Shown here piece after piece: positions 49,679-62,995 of a DNA stretch of 64,000 bases. How positions within the stretch are numbered: the stretch's first letter is position 1; the number at the start of each line of letters is the position of its first letter. A model generated the notes under the pieces. The model searched no databases and had not been told where the DNA came from. It saw nothing but the letters and a program-made list of their open reading frames with translations. The position numbers were made by a program, and so were the translations under genes. The DNA is taken from NCBI GenBank assembly GCA_965113315.1, contig OZ220366.1; one strand, given 5' to 3'. This DNA is from Podarcis vaucheri (taxonomy: Eukaryota).

Positions 49679-52313
49679 GCTAAAGGTATTCACAGGATAT
49701 ATGTGCAGTCTCAAGAACAAGGATTGGAGGTGATTAGGGTGAAATTTTCATATGTCCAAGTCACTCTACGCCACTAACAAGGTATCTCAAGATTTCATAG
49801 GGTCCCGACTTGCTCTGTGGACTAGGATGCCTTAAAATGCTACATTTTTAAAAAGTAAACACTGCATTTTGGTGGGGTTTTTTTGTTGTTGTTAAAAAAT
49901 GAAACTAGGGAGATGCCCTGTGCTTGAATGGGGGAAGGAGTGGAAAGGCAGCAGATCTTTGCCAAGTAATAAGTTTTAATCACAGTGAATTATTTCTCCC
50001 AGGGCACTCCAATCACAGTGATTTGGAGGAAAGGATGTTCACAAACGTTTAAGAGAACTCCTAGGTTCATTCTACGTTGCTTTTCCTCAGTTCAGCTGTA
50101 GGGCTTTCATGTGACTTGTTTGCTCCTATTTATTTTGTTGCAGGCTCCGCTCGTAGCATACTGGATCAAGCACTGTGGATGTATATTGAATGCTCAGCTA
50201 AAGAGAGATGTTGTCTATTCTCACTGTGCTACTCTCAGCTGGATCCACAACTAGCCACACTGGACGAAGGTAAAAGTGTCTCTGTGAAATGTCAAGTAAT
50301 GGTTGTAATCAGCATGACCTGAGAAGAAATTCAGAGCTGCTTTAAAGGGTCTGATTATCCTTTTCAGCACCGGGGGGCGAGAGAAGGATTTAGCTCTTAC
50401 AGTACATCTCATTGTGCTTTATTGGGGAGAAAGGAAGAGTCAGAGATAGTGGTGGTAACTTAGAAATTCTGGCCCATGGGGAAGCTTTTTTGAATCTCCT
50501 TGGAACCTACTTACAACGCCTGCTGAAAATAGATTTGCCCTTTTCCAGTGACAACAATAAAAGTGAGCACTAGGACATGGTTGCGTGGAAAGGAAATCTT
50601 ACACTTCCCTTTGTTTGTCAGCTCCACATTGTGCCTGATGACTCCAAGACATGACAACTGTGCATTTTATATCTACGGGATATCTTCTCTGTGAAGGGTG
50701 ATTATTATGTAGCTTTTGTGGTGCTCATGACTTACTGAAGTCTTTCTCCGGAGTGAAAGAGAAATAATCATCACCCTTCACTGGAGATATTTTATTTGTT
50801 CTGTGAGAGACTGCTTCTTCATATTAAAAAAAAAAGTATAAAAAAGCCCACATCTTAGGTTTGGAATTAGTAAGCACATCAGCTTCAATCAGTCAAGTTT
50901 TATTTCATACTAACTAAATCTGAAATGTGAATGCTAGCCTTTCATAAGAAGATTTGCTTCTTTTAAAATGCGGACTGCTTTAGTCAGAAAGAGAGCTAAA
51001 AGGAGGAGCTGAATGATAATCAGAGAAATTTAAAAGGCTTTATACACCTGAAAATCTACTAGCCTATAGTGCGTTTGGAGTTGGATCCATTATGCTCCTG
51101 CTCCCTGACATATATACCCCTTAACTGGGAGTAAGTCCCAATGAATTCAGTGGAACTGAGTGCAAAAACAAAAAAAATACTTGCATATATTTCAAAGAAG
51201 GTTCAAAATGTTTTCCCTAACATTTTCTTTAAAAGGGGAAAAAGATGCAAGTCCCCTGCCCCGCCCCGTTCTCATGTAGTGTGCTTCTGGCCAACTCCAA
51301 CATGACCAAATTGACATGGGAAAGGCGTAGTGCAGGAATATGGGATGAGGGGTAGATATAGGTGGCAGAAATCACTGCCACAGAATCTTTATTTCTTGTA
51401 GTCCCTCCTACATAGACCAGCTGCCAGAACAGCCCCGAAGAGGCAGGACTCCAGCATTTCTACCCTGCCCTTTTGCCAATAAGAGTCAGAGAGGCTTGCA
51501 AAAACCAGTTCTTAGACAGTCCCTGCCCTCAGACAAATAATTTGAGAAGTCATGTCACAAACAGGAAAAAAAATGGGAGAGAGGAGGGGAAAGGAAGCAT
51601 AAACACAAGTTAATAAAGATACAGTTACATATATTATTAGATTACTGTTCACTAGTATCACCTTATGTAACATAAGCCTCCTCTTTTCCCTGTCCCTGTA
51701 GCTTGTTATCCTGCCCAGGGCAGCTCATTCTCCTCCTTGCCCTCCATGTACACAATGAGGGAGCAACAGAAAGCACACACCACTTTCAGTCTACCCTTGA
51801 TGGCTTTCCCTTCCCTCATATGCTTAAGAAACCCATTGGCACTGTTCCCATCTGACGCAGCATCTTGTCCTAGCAATGTGTTAAGCCTTCCACCCTTCAA
51901 CTTAAATCTTGAGCTTGAGCCCAGGTATATGAATTTCAGGAGTCCACCGCTCCTTGTGTTGCTGGAATCTGGCCCTCCATCTCAGAAGGGAAGAGACAGA
52001 GAGGCCCCATGAGCTAGTCAGAAACAAGCCACAAAGCAAAGTTGCTCAGTACATGAGATTGCAGAGTAATGCTGTCAGGGTAAAGTGAACTTTGCACTGC
52101 CCATCTTTTCACCAATCCCCATATGGTCTTGAAAACTCCCGTTGCCGGTTTTATTTTTCATGATTGTGGGAAGCTTGGCTTTAAAAGACTTTAATGTTAC
52201 CAACATTGTTTTCTGCTAGCTTGCTATGTGAACACAATGGAAGAGGCTGCATTTTATAAGTATCTTCATTCTTCAGGACTTCATTTTTTTAAAATTAAAA
52301 AAGTGAGGGAAAT

Positions 52314-52667
52314 AATTCAAAATGCTTTTGAATTATGGTGCTGGAGGAAACTCTTGAGAGTCCCATGGACTGCAAGAAGATCAAACCTATCCATTCTGAA
52401 GGAAATCAGCCCTGAGTGCTCACTGGAAGGACAGATCGTGAAGCTGAGGCTCCAGTACTTTGGCCACCTCATGAGAAGAGAAGACTCCCTGGAAAATACC
52501 CTGATGTTGGGAAAGATGGAGGGCACAAGGAGAAGGAGATGGTTGGATAGTGTTCTCGAAGCTACCAACATGAGTTTGAACAAACTGTGAGAGGCAGTGG
52601 AAGACGGGAGTGCTCTGGTCCATGGGGTCACAAAGAGTTGGACACAACTAAACGACTAAACAACAAC
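52314..52667 (+). mobile_element. Short BovB 3' end
   Basis: AFELWCWRKLLRVPWTARRSNLSILKEISPECSLEG is near-identical to the 40.4-42.3 kb copy, with small deletions. (CAA)n tail. 9-bp TSD gagggaaat (52305-52313 / 52668-52676). Confidence 0.95.
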
Positions 52668-52734
52668 GAGGGAAATGTAAAGAGCAGGAAAAAACCTTTA
52701 GATTATTGTGTGAGATAATAGAGATTGCCAGAAT

Positions 52735-52985
52735 AAAACAAGAATGTACAAACAGCCTGATGGATCCAGCCCATTTAGTCCAGCATCTCAGTCTCCCAGT
52801 GGCCAACCAAATGCACAAAGGAAACTCACCCCCTCTTGTCCAATCCAAATCTTTATTATGGTCATAGACCAGCATTATCTCCCTGCTTGTAATTCCCAGC
52901 AGCTGTTTGAGAGGCATACTGCATCTGACAGTAGAGGAATAACATAGTTAAGAGCCATTGACAGCCTTATTCTCCATGAATGTTT
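52735..52985 (-). mobile_element. CR1-type 3' UTR fragment
   Basis: cagcctgatggatc..cccatttagtccagcatc..cagtggccaaccaaatgc..agccattgacagccttattctccatgaat is the reverse homologue of 30920-31110. Confidence 0.7.
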
Positions 52986-53344
52986 ATTGTGAGATTTGTC
53001 CTGGACCACTTTGCTGCCCCTTTCCAAACTTCTTAAAAAATATAGTTATGGAACTTGCCTTTAAACCAGGAGCTTTTCAGAACAGATTTACAATCTGAAA
53101 CACCACGAGAAACTTTCTTTTGCTTCTGACTGACAAGGATTAACAACATGCAGAGCACACCAATCTACTTTAAGGATAAAACAAAAAGCTAATATTGATC
53201 TCATAACACTTCAGGCAATTAGGGCCTACTGATACATTCAGAGTATTTGCTAATGTTGTGAAAACTGCAGTTAATGTGGCTATAGTTGTAATAAGTTCAA
53301 AGCGTTGCTACAGTTATAAGCATGTATGCCTTAATATATATATA

Positions 53345-53460
53345 GATTCAGGTAGGTAGCTGTGTTGGTCTGACACAGTCGAAATAAATTTAAAAATTGT
53401 CCAGTAGCACCTTAGAGACCAATGCACGAAAACAACCCAGAACAAACTTAGTTGGTCTCT
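53345..53460. mobile_element. Penelope-like element terminus with an inverted repeat junction, running into the gap
   Basis: gattcaggtaggtagctgtgttggtctg...ccagtagcaccttagagaccaa resembles squamate Penelope ends (from recall). agagaccaa (53414-53422) is inverted at 53452-53460. A (TA)n run precedes it. Confidence 0.65.
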
Positions 53461-53685
53461 NNNNNNNNNNNNNNNNNNNNNNNNNNNNNNNNNNNNNNNN
53501 NNNNNNNNNNNNNNNNNNNNNNNNNNNNNNNNNNNNNNNNNNNNNNNNNNNNNNNNNNNNNNNNNNNNNNNNNNNNNNNNNNNNNNNNNNNNNNNNNNNN
53601 NNNNNNNNNNNNNNNNNNNNNNNNNNNNNNNNNNNNNNNNNNNNNNNNNNNNNNNNNNNNNNNNNNNNNNNNNNNNNNNNNNNNN
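53461..53685. other. Assembly gap (225 N)
   Basis: Run of N. Confidence 1.
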
Positions 53686-54511
53686 GTTGTTTAGGTGGTA
53701 TCCCCCACATTAGCTCTTGACTTGTACATATATCCTGGAGACTACCACTGTAATGTTTGCTCTTTTGCTCTCATACTTCAACCCATCTCAGTTTTTTCAG
53801 ATAAATTCTGAATGGCATCTGTTGTGAAATGATGTCACAAGGAAATCAAGGGAAGCAATGCTCCAAAAATATAAAGTAAGAATCAGTGATTTCTTCAGGG
53901 CAAACCACTAGGTATAGCTTTTAACTTCCCTTCAAATTATCAAATGTATGATGGCATACTTTACTTCTAATGACATTACCCAACAGAGGACATGTTGAAC
54001 TTCCCTCAGGCTACACTTCTGAGAACTTGGCTGCCTAGAAATTGGTATGTTAGATATTGATGTATTAAAGAAAAAGAGACATGATATGGAGCATTTTGAA
54101 GCTCAATATTAAAAAGCACTATTGGTCCACAACATTATAAAATATTATTAAGAAGAATGATGATGCCCATTTCTAGACTCAAATGCACAAGGGATGTCTG
54201 TATAGGACTTGGATGCACTGACTCATTGATCCTGAAATGTTGCTGCCACCAGTGCCCTTTCCCATTTCCACTCCTCCCTTTGCCATTTTACTGCATTTTC
54301 TAGGAAAGAGTTGGGGAGTGGCAGAGAAGGCGTGATGGCAATGTCTCCCCTGCTTAGTCTTTTCCTACAGCTTTCAGAAATACTGCACCCCATGCTTTCT
54401 CCAAGAGAGCTTAGAAAAACCAAGCTGATTGCGCAGCAAGCCAGAGAGAGCTCAGCTTACCTAGCATGAGCTATAATTCATTTACGTGTGGTTCTTTTTT
54501 CAGTTCCTAAG

Positions 54512-54650
54512 TCAGCCTACCCCCAACATAGCATCCATAGATGTTTTGGACTACAAGTTTGGACTGCAACTCAGCAAAGACTGAGCTGGCTAGGAATGAC
54601 AACAATTGTAGTCCAAAACATCTGGAGAAATGAGGTTCGAGAAGGCTTTG
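54512..54650. mobile_element. Degraded palindromic hAT-type MITE
   Basis: agatgttttggactacaa ... ttgtagtccaaaacatct inverted arms. Confidence 0.7.
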
Positions 54651-55179
54651 TTGGGTAATCTGGGCAAGATAGAGTCATAGACTGTAATCAGCTGCCGTAC
54701 ACATGCTGGGTAGATAATGAAAGACCCTAGTTGTATATTTTTATGCTTAAGATTAAAATTTATAGTGTATGAGAACAGCAAACAGACAGGATATGTTTAA
54801 TCAGGGGATATCTCCTTTCATGGTTTTTTTGCAGCCAGAAAGAGAAATCTAGCTTATGCATCTATTATTAGGTTGTTTCAATCTGCCAGATACCATTCAG
54901 AAGTCCTACCTAGAAATTTTGAGAGAATAGGAATTCCTAATATGATTTGGTCATCTTTATAGAGATTACAGGCAAGAATCACATAAGCCAAAAATTCTAT
55001 AACTCCCTAACCACAGGGACAGAGATATTCAGTGTAAGGGATAGCCTTAAGCCAGCCATCAAATACAGTGGAAAGTAAGTAAAAATCAAACAGTATTTGG
55101 GAATAGTTAACTCTTCCAAGTATCTAGCATGGCTTTAAAACCCGGGGGGGGGGGAAACAAACCCTCTGGGCCGAGAACC

Positions 55180-55400
55180 CAGAATATTGAATATCAATGT
55201 CCTTAATTTGACAAGCAAGAGTGGATTTTGCCTGGCGATAGCCCAGGGTAAGCAAAAGGTTTGAAGATAAACCTAGAAATTGCCATTGGTTAAGGGTTTT
55301 ATACCACCTGCTGACATACTGATCCTGTTGGAGGAGAAACAGTAGTTCCATGGGAGAGATCCAACCACCTCTATTTCTGATGATGCCATCAGCTATTTGG
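55180..55400 (-). mobile_element. Probable internal LINE fragment (post-RT region)
   Basis: Peptide SRWYKTLNQWQFLGLSSNLLLTLGYRQAKSTLACQIKDIDIQ resembles the W..LGL..AK..DID.Q segment found upstream of the zinc knuckle in some non-LTR ORF2 proteins. Confidence 0.4.
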
Positions 55401-56550
55401 GTTGACGCCTGAGAATGTTGTAGGCTGGTATTTACACATACACATGTCAAATTTTGTGAGACCAGACAGAGCTCAATAGATGCACCTGCAGCTGTATTGC
55501 TTTCTTGGTCTCACAGGGGACACTTACCATGCACTCTGTCGGAAAATGTATATCCCTCTTGAGAATCCTGAAAGATGGTTCTGTTGTCATGTCAAGCCCC
55601 ATGATCCCTGAAAGAAGGGCATCATTGGAGCTCTGTTCCCATTTTTTTTTTTTGTTTTAATCAACGTTGAAAATTAACTCCACTGTAATTCAAAAGAATG
55701 TACCCAGTGACCCGTTAGAGACTTCTTTTATCCTAAATTCTCCTTTGTAAGACAGAAAACTATGACCCAGAAGTGTATGCAGCTTAATGCCTGGCTAAAA
55801 TTAATCACAATCATCTTCATTTGACAAGCAGGTGTTCTAATTAGCTGCACTTGGAAGTAAGCCTTAGACAGAGAAGTCAAAGCTGATCATATCTGCTACA
55901 CGTTATTTTTCAATCCTCAATACACTATGGGCTGATTCTTGTGGCGGAATGGGTGTAAGAATAGGAAAAAATAGCATTAAAGAGTAAAATCTGTGTGGAA
56001 TAAAATAATACTCACTCTTACTGTGAGTTCTTCCATGTATTATCTACAGGGATTTTTAAGCGCCACATGATGTTTATTAAAAGAATCCCTAGCAAGAAGA
56101 AAAGTGGCATGTTAGAATTAGTCCTTTGAGGGGAAAAGCCATTTGGATTAAATAGAAAACAAGCGTTCCATTGATATTTCAAACAAAAGCCTATATTCAT
56201 CTGGTTCACCTTTCCACAGATGATAATCCATTGGTCCCTGGATATGTTCAGTGTTTGCCTCTCCTATTGGTGCTTGCCATACGTATACGTGTGTATGTAT
56301 GTCAGAGTTATGAATGACTCTGATGTATGTCAGTTGTCTGAAATGTTTCTGAACTTCCTTCCTGCTCTGTTGCATACTCAGAGAATTCCCTGATTCAAGG
56401 GTGGACCCACTTTTATGTCTAGGGCAGCATTCCCTTGGGAGGTAGTCTACTGGATGCTACTTGCTGGTTCTAGGTGGGACAAAAGGGAGTGATGGTCAGG
56501 AGGCAGATCTAGAAGGGGTCAGGACATTGCCTTCTCTTTCTCTGTGTCAG

Positions 56551-56735
56551 CACTGGCGAAGGAAGGTGGGTGAGGTGGGTGCGGTCCGCCCTGGGTGTCA
56601 TCCCTGTGGGAGGGTGATATTGCCCCCCGGGACACTCACCACAGGCGGTGCTCCCCCGGGATGCTCACCCCGCCCCTGCGGGAGGCTAGCCCTGCCCACG
56701 GGTGCACAGCATGTTGCTCCCTAGCTCCGCCTCTG
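56551..56735. mobile_element. GC-rich hAT-type MITE, 185 bp
   Basis: Imperfect TIRs cactggcg / cgcctctg and a perfect 8-bp TSD tgtgtcag (56543-56550 / 56736-56743). Confidence 0.88.
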
Positions 56736-58109
56736 TGTGTCAGCTACTTTTCCTTCTGCTCCTCTCCAGCATTGCTACTCCTTGAAATTGAGACGAAGGT
56801 AGCATATCAGCCCTGATTCATGGAAAGGATACTTGTGGAGTTTCAAGTCATTGCTTGGATATCTGGTACATTTATTTCATTGTTTGGGGTGGGGAACTAA
56901 AACACTGAAAGGGTAGAACAGGGTTATTACTCTCACCCACACACAAAAGAGAAGAATGTTGGTACATTTTACCTCATATCTCAGGTTCAAAAAATGGTAG
57001 AAGCTTACTTTTTCTAAAACATAGCAATCCAGGAACACTAAAAAGCAGTTGCCAGGTAGTTGACCTCTTGTCTACTGCACAACTCTCCACACTGGACTTT
57101 TTGGGGCAATCACCCCTTGGCTTTATAGGATGAGTTTTTCCCCCCTTGCACACAGTTTGCTCCTTCCTTCACAGCATGGCCTGGTAAGTAAGACAAGATG
57201 TCTTCAGTTATAACCAGGATCTTCTGTTTTGATGAAACCAGGAAACTATGGTTACCAACCTCTGGAGAAGCCAGGAGCTTAAACTAGCTGATAATTGTAG
57301 TTTCCAGGTTCAAATGAAGTTAGAGACTTCCTGACTTGGAGCAAGCAGCCAAAGGAGAAGCAGAAGGGCATTGTGCATGGGTAAAAGACTAGTTAATATT
57401 TTGGCTTATTAAGGTTAGAAAAGATAATCTGAATGCAGTCTCTATTTCAGAAGAAAGAGCAAAAACTGCATTATTTCATAGTGTTAATGCTCCTTACAGA
57501 GAAGCTTGCACCACTTTGACTCATATAGCAGTTGTGAACTGGTGTATTTTTTATTATACTAAAGTACCCTAGAATGGGGCATGCTAAACAATCAAATGAA
57601 TAGTAAATGTAGTTAGCCATTGATGTTAACTATCCGTGGTTCCAAAGCATTCCATAACTTAGCCCTCTTTGCATATATTCTGTGCATGATTTCATAACAC
57701 AACTTCTATAAAAATAAATATATTCTGCCTGCTTAACCATTTTCTTCAGACTTATTATTATTAAATTTTCTTTGTTTTTAATTTTTCGTAGGACATCATT
57801 TCATTTAAAGTACTTTATATATCAAGAATAAATCATAGCCTCAATTAAATTAGCCATAAATTCTAGCCTCAATTAAATAAATCCAAAGAATGGAAAACTT
57901 AATGTTGAATTATATGTACCCGTACATGGGCAGGCAATCTCTGAAGATCTGATGAAAAGAAATTATATTTAAATCTCTGTGGAAACATTGCTGTCTATGA
58001 TCTTAATTTAACTAGCAGCCTAAAAGTAGCAATTTTTCATTCTTTCTCTCTAACTTAAAATGCTAAACTTGTCAGTGTGACATTTAAGAATGGATTTAGT
58101 TAAAGAGTG

Positions 58110-58111
58110 CG

Positions 58112-58166
<55 letters not shown>
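58110..58166. repeat. (CT)n(CA)n compound microsatellite
   Basis: Direct reading. Confidence 0.95.
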
Positions 58167-61100
58167 TTAATTCTTCTAAGTGGGACTATCAGAGACCAAG
58201 CAAATATTCCCATCCTACAGGGGAAGTTATAGCAAAGGCCTCACATGCATTTAACAACAAATAACTTGGTGCACACTGTCCAATAACAGGCCAAACAACC
58301 ATGGGAGGTGGGAGAACTGCTGGCGGTGGCTCTATCTGTAGCATACTCAATAACAGTTGAATCATTAGCACAAGCTCTGTTTTAGCATTATCAAAACATT
58401 GATGATGTGAAAAGTCCTGAATATTAGAAATTCATTCTCTCCTGCTTTCAAAATTAATGTCTTAATTATCAAACTGCTCATTTGTAACTTGTTTTCTTTT
58501 ACCACCACTGTAAAATTCCATTCATTACAACCCCTCTTAGTCCTGGTTTGTGAACAGCAGTGAAACCATAGTTTCTTAGTTTAGATGTGACATGGAACTG
58601 TGGCTTCAGAAACCGGAATGTAAGTGTGTGTTGGAAGGGGAGGAGGTGAGTGCACAGACTCATTCCTTGGCCAATAAACCATGATTTATTAGCCTAATAT
58701 CATTATGTCAGAACTGGCCTTGTGTGCTTCCCTTAACAATCAATGCTGAGTAACAGCATCTACTATAAATTCTAGCTGCAGAATATCTGATTGTAAAACA
58801 CCAACAGCTAGATAACTGAGTGAAAAGATTTTAAGGAAACATTAACTGTCCATTGAAAAGTACACATTCAGATTAGTTTTCAATTATGTAGTTGCCAATA
58901 CAAGTTAAAAACAATTGGGGTTTTGTGCTTTCCCCCCAAAGGAAAGCTCTTTTTTAAAAAAAGAAGAAAAGTGCTGTGTTTTGAAATCTTGTTCAGTCAG
59001 CTCAAAAGAATAATAAATGTATGGGCCAATATTCCTAAGAAATCATAGGAAAGAATGTTAAACTGTTGACGTTTACCCACAAAATAAACTACAGTCCTAT
59101 TCATGTGTTACTTGAGCCTAGGACTTGAGATGGTGACATTGTGGCACAGCCACTTTCAAGTCTTTCTGCAAGAATTGCTTGTTGTTCATGACTGAAATTG
59201 AAATGCCTCTACTTGTGTGTAGAGACTCCACATGACTGGGACACCTGGCTGTTTTGCAGGTCTTCCAGTGGCATTGAGCTCTTACAAGTCAACAAAGACA
59301 TGCCCTAAATAACAACAGAAACAAAAACTTATATGCCACCCATTTGATTGCCACTCCTCATGCACACTATATTTACAGTGGGAAAACTCATGGAACATAC
59401 TGTACACCTGTAATCTGATTAACCAAAAAAGAAGATGTATCTGCAAGCAGTGTGATAAGTAAGTCTCTCCAAACATTGACTTTGCTGGCTGGGCTGATTG
59501 GAATCCAGCGACCTCTGAAGGATCACAGGTTCCCCACCCCTGCCCTTTAGCACAAGACACAGTTGTGGATTTAAAGCTATAGTGATGCATCTCAATTCAT
59601 TACTTCTGCTTGTTATTCCAGTGCACTGGGAATCGTGTGGTTATATTAAGTGCAAGGACAATGTGGAAAAGGGGAAGGAAGATTTGCAAAGGGTAAAGTG
59701 CTTTCTGCATCATATACATTATCTTCTTACACTACCTTTGTCAATACCTTTTGTGCTGAGCTTTAGTTTTATAAACACTGTGCAAACCTTTCTACCTATT
59801 CTTATTGATCCTCTTTAATTACGGCATTGCATGAAACACTGTGTCCTTCTACTTTCTATACACATAATTCCTTCATTTACGGCCATTTATTTGCACACTG
59901 CCAAAAATTGTTCAATTATTATTTTACTGACTTTATCTTTTCTTGAAAAGGGGACAGAAGATCTTCAAAAGGAGATTGAGAGGAAACATACAAATAGCAT
60001 ATCTTTGTTAGATTCAATCCTGTCACATAACATTTCCCCTAAAGTTGCATGTTTATATATTCAATCCATGATTTTAGTTGTTTAAAAAGAAGGGGGGCAT
60101 GCAAAGACTCAATTGTAAATTATATTGGCAATCATGATGGTTTCTTTAACGTTTTCACTCACTTGAGTTAACTAGGCTCCCAGTTTATTGACAGTGGGAC
60201 TTCAATGGGACATTGATTGTGTGGGTCAGTATTGTAATGCAACAGTGTTAAGACCTTGTTCATGGAAAACAATCTTACTCATGAGTGATCGCCAAAGAAG
60301 GAGTAGAAGCAACAGCTTGACCAGTCCTGAGTAGAGATGGAGAAGTTCCAAATTTGCACTAAAATGCTGATGAAATTTCATGAGGTAGCCACTGCAGAAA
60401 AGGCCCATTCTCATGTTGCCACCCTCCAACCCTCTCATGGTGGGGGCAGACAAAGAAGAGCCTAAAATCATGATTGTAGGGATCAGGTCAGACTAAATAG
60501 ATTTTCCCATTTATTTCTATTTGAACGTTTAAGTCATTGAGTACATCCTGCATCCTTGCCAAGAATAATAATTCCGCTAATGCGAAGTTTAAATTTTTGC
60601 ATAATATTTTCACTTCTAATAATTATTATTCTGTGTTATATACTAAAATGTTGCCTGCAGTTTTGAGGGACAGGTTGGAGGGTGTGTGTGTGTAGTAGTA
60701 GTTGGTTCCATAATTGTAATTCCTTCTAATTGCAAACCGTGTTGCACTTAGCAACTTGGTTCATTTTAATGCTTCCAGTGTTGCCTCCTTTTGAGACTGA
60801 TTTAGTGGTAATGAAGCAATCTATATTTAGATATCTTCCACTGGATTTTTTTCCTTTTCTTTTTAGCTAAATGTTAAGTACATGGGACTCAGGTAGTACA
60901 TGAATTATACTGTGAACAGGCAGGGAGCACACAGCATGTTTTTAAAGAAGCATCTAAGACATGAGTTATTTTTAATATGACATCTTTCACATTCGGCTTT
61001 AAACATCTCTGTGGTGCATATGAAATTAAAAAGTGCCCAAATATGGCAGATCTGTTCAGGCAGGAAAGTCACTTGGATGCCCACTTTGTTTTTACAACTT

Positions 61101-62099
61101 AGTGCTTAGGTTGATATTCATGAGGGGCTGAGAGGCCTGAATAAATAAATATAACAAATACTATTCAATGTATTTGATTTGGAATTTTAAGATAAAATAT
61201 AATGTGAATGTCAGATTTTAGACTTCACCCCCCCTCACTATTATTATTATTCTCTTCCATAATAATTCCTCTTTCAACTGTGCTTTTCAAATTTAAAACA
61301 TGAGTGTAACCCAGTCCCTTCCAGTGTTGCTGTTTCAGTGTAACTAGTATTGTCTGGATATACAACAAGGTCACAGACCACACTTTTGTAATTTATCACA
61401 GAAATTATATGTACACTTGGACAGGTGATGAATGAGCTGTAGAAAAGAATTGTCTGTGGATAATTCAAACACTTGTTTCAGCCAGATATCCAATCTAGTA
61501 ATTATCTTTCTTAACAGTAAATTGATTACCCATACTTCCTATCTGACAAAGGTGAATAAGCTGACCTCTTACATAACCCTGGTATTATTGTGTGATGAGG
61601 CTGTCTTCAAGTGAGACAAAAGAGGCTAAAAAGGCAACACAAAAGGATGGTTTATTGTTCTATCTTCAGTCCAAAGCAGCAAGCTGCAGAAGATCTTAGA
61701 AAGGGGAAAAGGAAGAAGCAAAAACACTCAGTGAGATCCAATTGTTGCAGCCCAATAGCACAACAGCCATTCAGCTAATGGAAGCCCCATTCTTATACAG
61801 CATAACATCCAAATCCAATGGGAAGCTTGGGCTAGTGGAAGTGTTGCATGGCATTAACCTATTATATGCTGTTTCTGCAATGTTTTGTATTGTTATACTA
61901 CTACTCCTTGCACTACCACTTGTACAATGAAAACATTTTGTGCCACAATTGCAAATTACCCACTTATTGTGCCAACATTATATTGGATCTCATCTACTAT
62001 GTGCCATCTCTTCCTGAATAATGCATTCTAGATCTCAAATATTTAGTCATTTTCCATCCCAATGTCCAAAGTATAAGAATAATTATTAGTAGACTAATA

Positions 62100-62214
62100 A
62101 TCCTATACCCGTTTTTTGGGGGGTGTTATTGGGTTATTGTTCTTATTTTGATTTTATATATTGTGATCTTTTCTGTGATATCCACTAAGACTCCAGGTAT
62201 AGGGCGGTATATAA

Positions 62215-62249
<35 letters not shown>
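62100..62249 (+). mobile_element. L2 3' tail remnant ending in (ATCA)n
   Basis: T-rich UTR, tatagggcggtatataaat, then a tetranucleotide tail. Confidence 0.7.
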
Positions 62250-62664
62250 TTGTCTCCATTACATTTCTCAAGAAACCAAGGCCTCTGAGCATTGTTTGAG
62301 CTGCACTTTCGGTGCATATTGAATCCTTTTTGAGATGAGGACAGTGTGTGCACTTTTCTAATCAGTGTGTTTGAGTTTCTAACCATAACTGAGAAAGCAA
62401 AACTGACACAACTGAGCAGAGTTTTGAAACCAAGTCTTCCTACTACAGGCAATAGCATACTGTGCATGACTTATTTTTTGTGTGTGCAAATGGTAAATAT
62501 TTGGGAGAAATAAATGAAGTAAGTGAGTCACTTGACACAACTTCACAGTTCCTAAAGGAGCAAATTTCAGATGGAATGCATAACCACTTATTCCTTGTTT
62601 TCAAAAAGGTGACAGTTTGGCAAAGATGATGTGCAATGTGGACAAATTGGAGTCTAAAATTTGT

Positions 62665-62665
62665 G

Positions 62666-62724
<59 letters not shown>
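62665..62724. repeat. (TA)n(TG)n(TA)n compound microsatellite
   Basis: Direct reading. Confidence 0.95.
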
Positions 62725-62995
62725 GCAGGTTTTGGTGTCTTCGGGTGTCTTCCCGTGTAAGAGTCGGGGTGTCTGTGCGACGTTTCGACGAGGTCTCACT
62801 CGTCATCTTCAGGCTGGTGCTTTCGGCTTCTTGTTACTGGAACAGAGCAGAGTCTGGTGTTTGAGTTTCTATAAATACTGTTGAGGGGTGTGGTGTATAG
62901 CCTCCAACGTTCTGGGCAGAGAGGAAGTTCCTAGATTAGTGTGCCTTTTCTTCTTTTGTTCCTTAATTACTTGAGGGATATCTTGAGTGATTTCA
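62725..62995 (-). mobile_element. Penelope-like element terminal repeat fragment (distal boundary approximate)
   Basis: CpG-rich segment abutting a TA/TG microsatellite and containing a minimal hammerhead core, a hallmark of PLE pseudo-LTRs. Confidence 0.7.
62777..62814 (-). ncRNA. Minimal type I hammerhead ribozyme motif
   Basis: Minus strand reads GC CUGAAGA U GACGAG ugagac CUCGUC GAAA CGUC GC: CUGANGA core, perfect 6-bp stem II, GAAA, palindromic ACGU stem III, and a GUC cleavage triplet. Confidence 0.75.

Noticed and set aside
53390-53720. ORFs spanning X runs
   Set aside because: Artefacts of the N gap.
62443-62884. ORFs with HT/CV/IY dipeptide repeats
   Set aside because: Translations of the (TA)(TG)(TA) microsatellite and the adjacent Penelope-like sequence.
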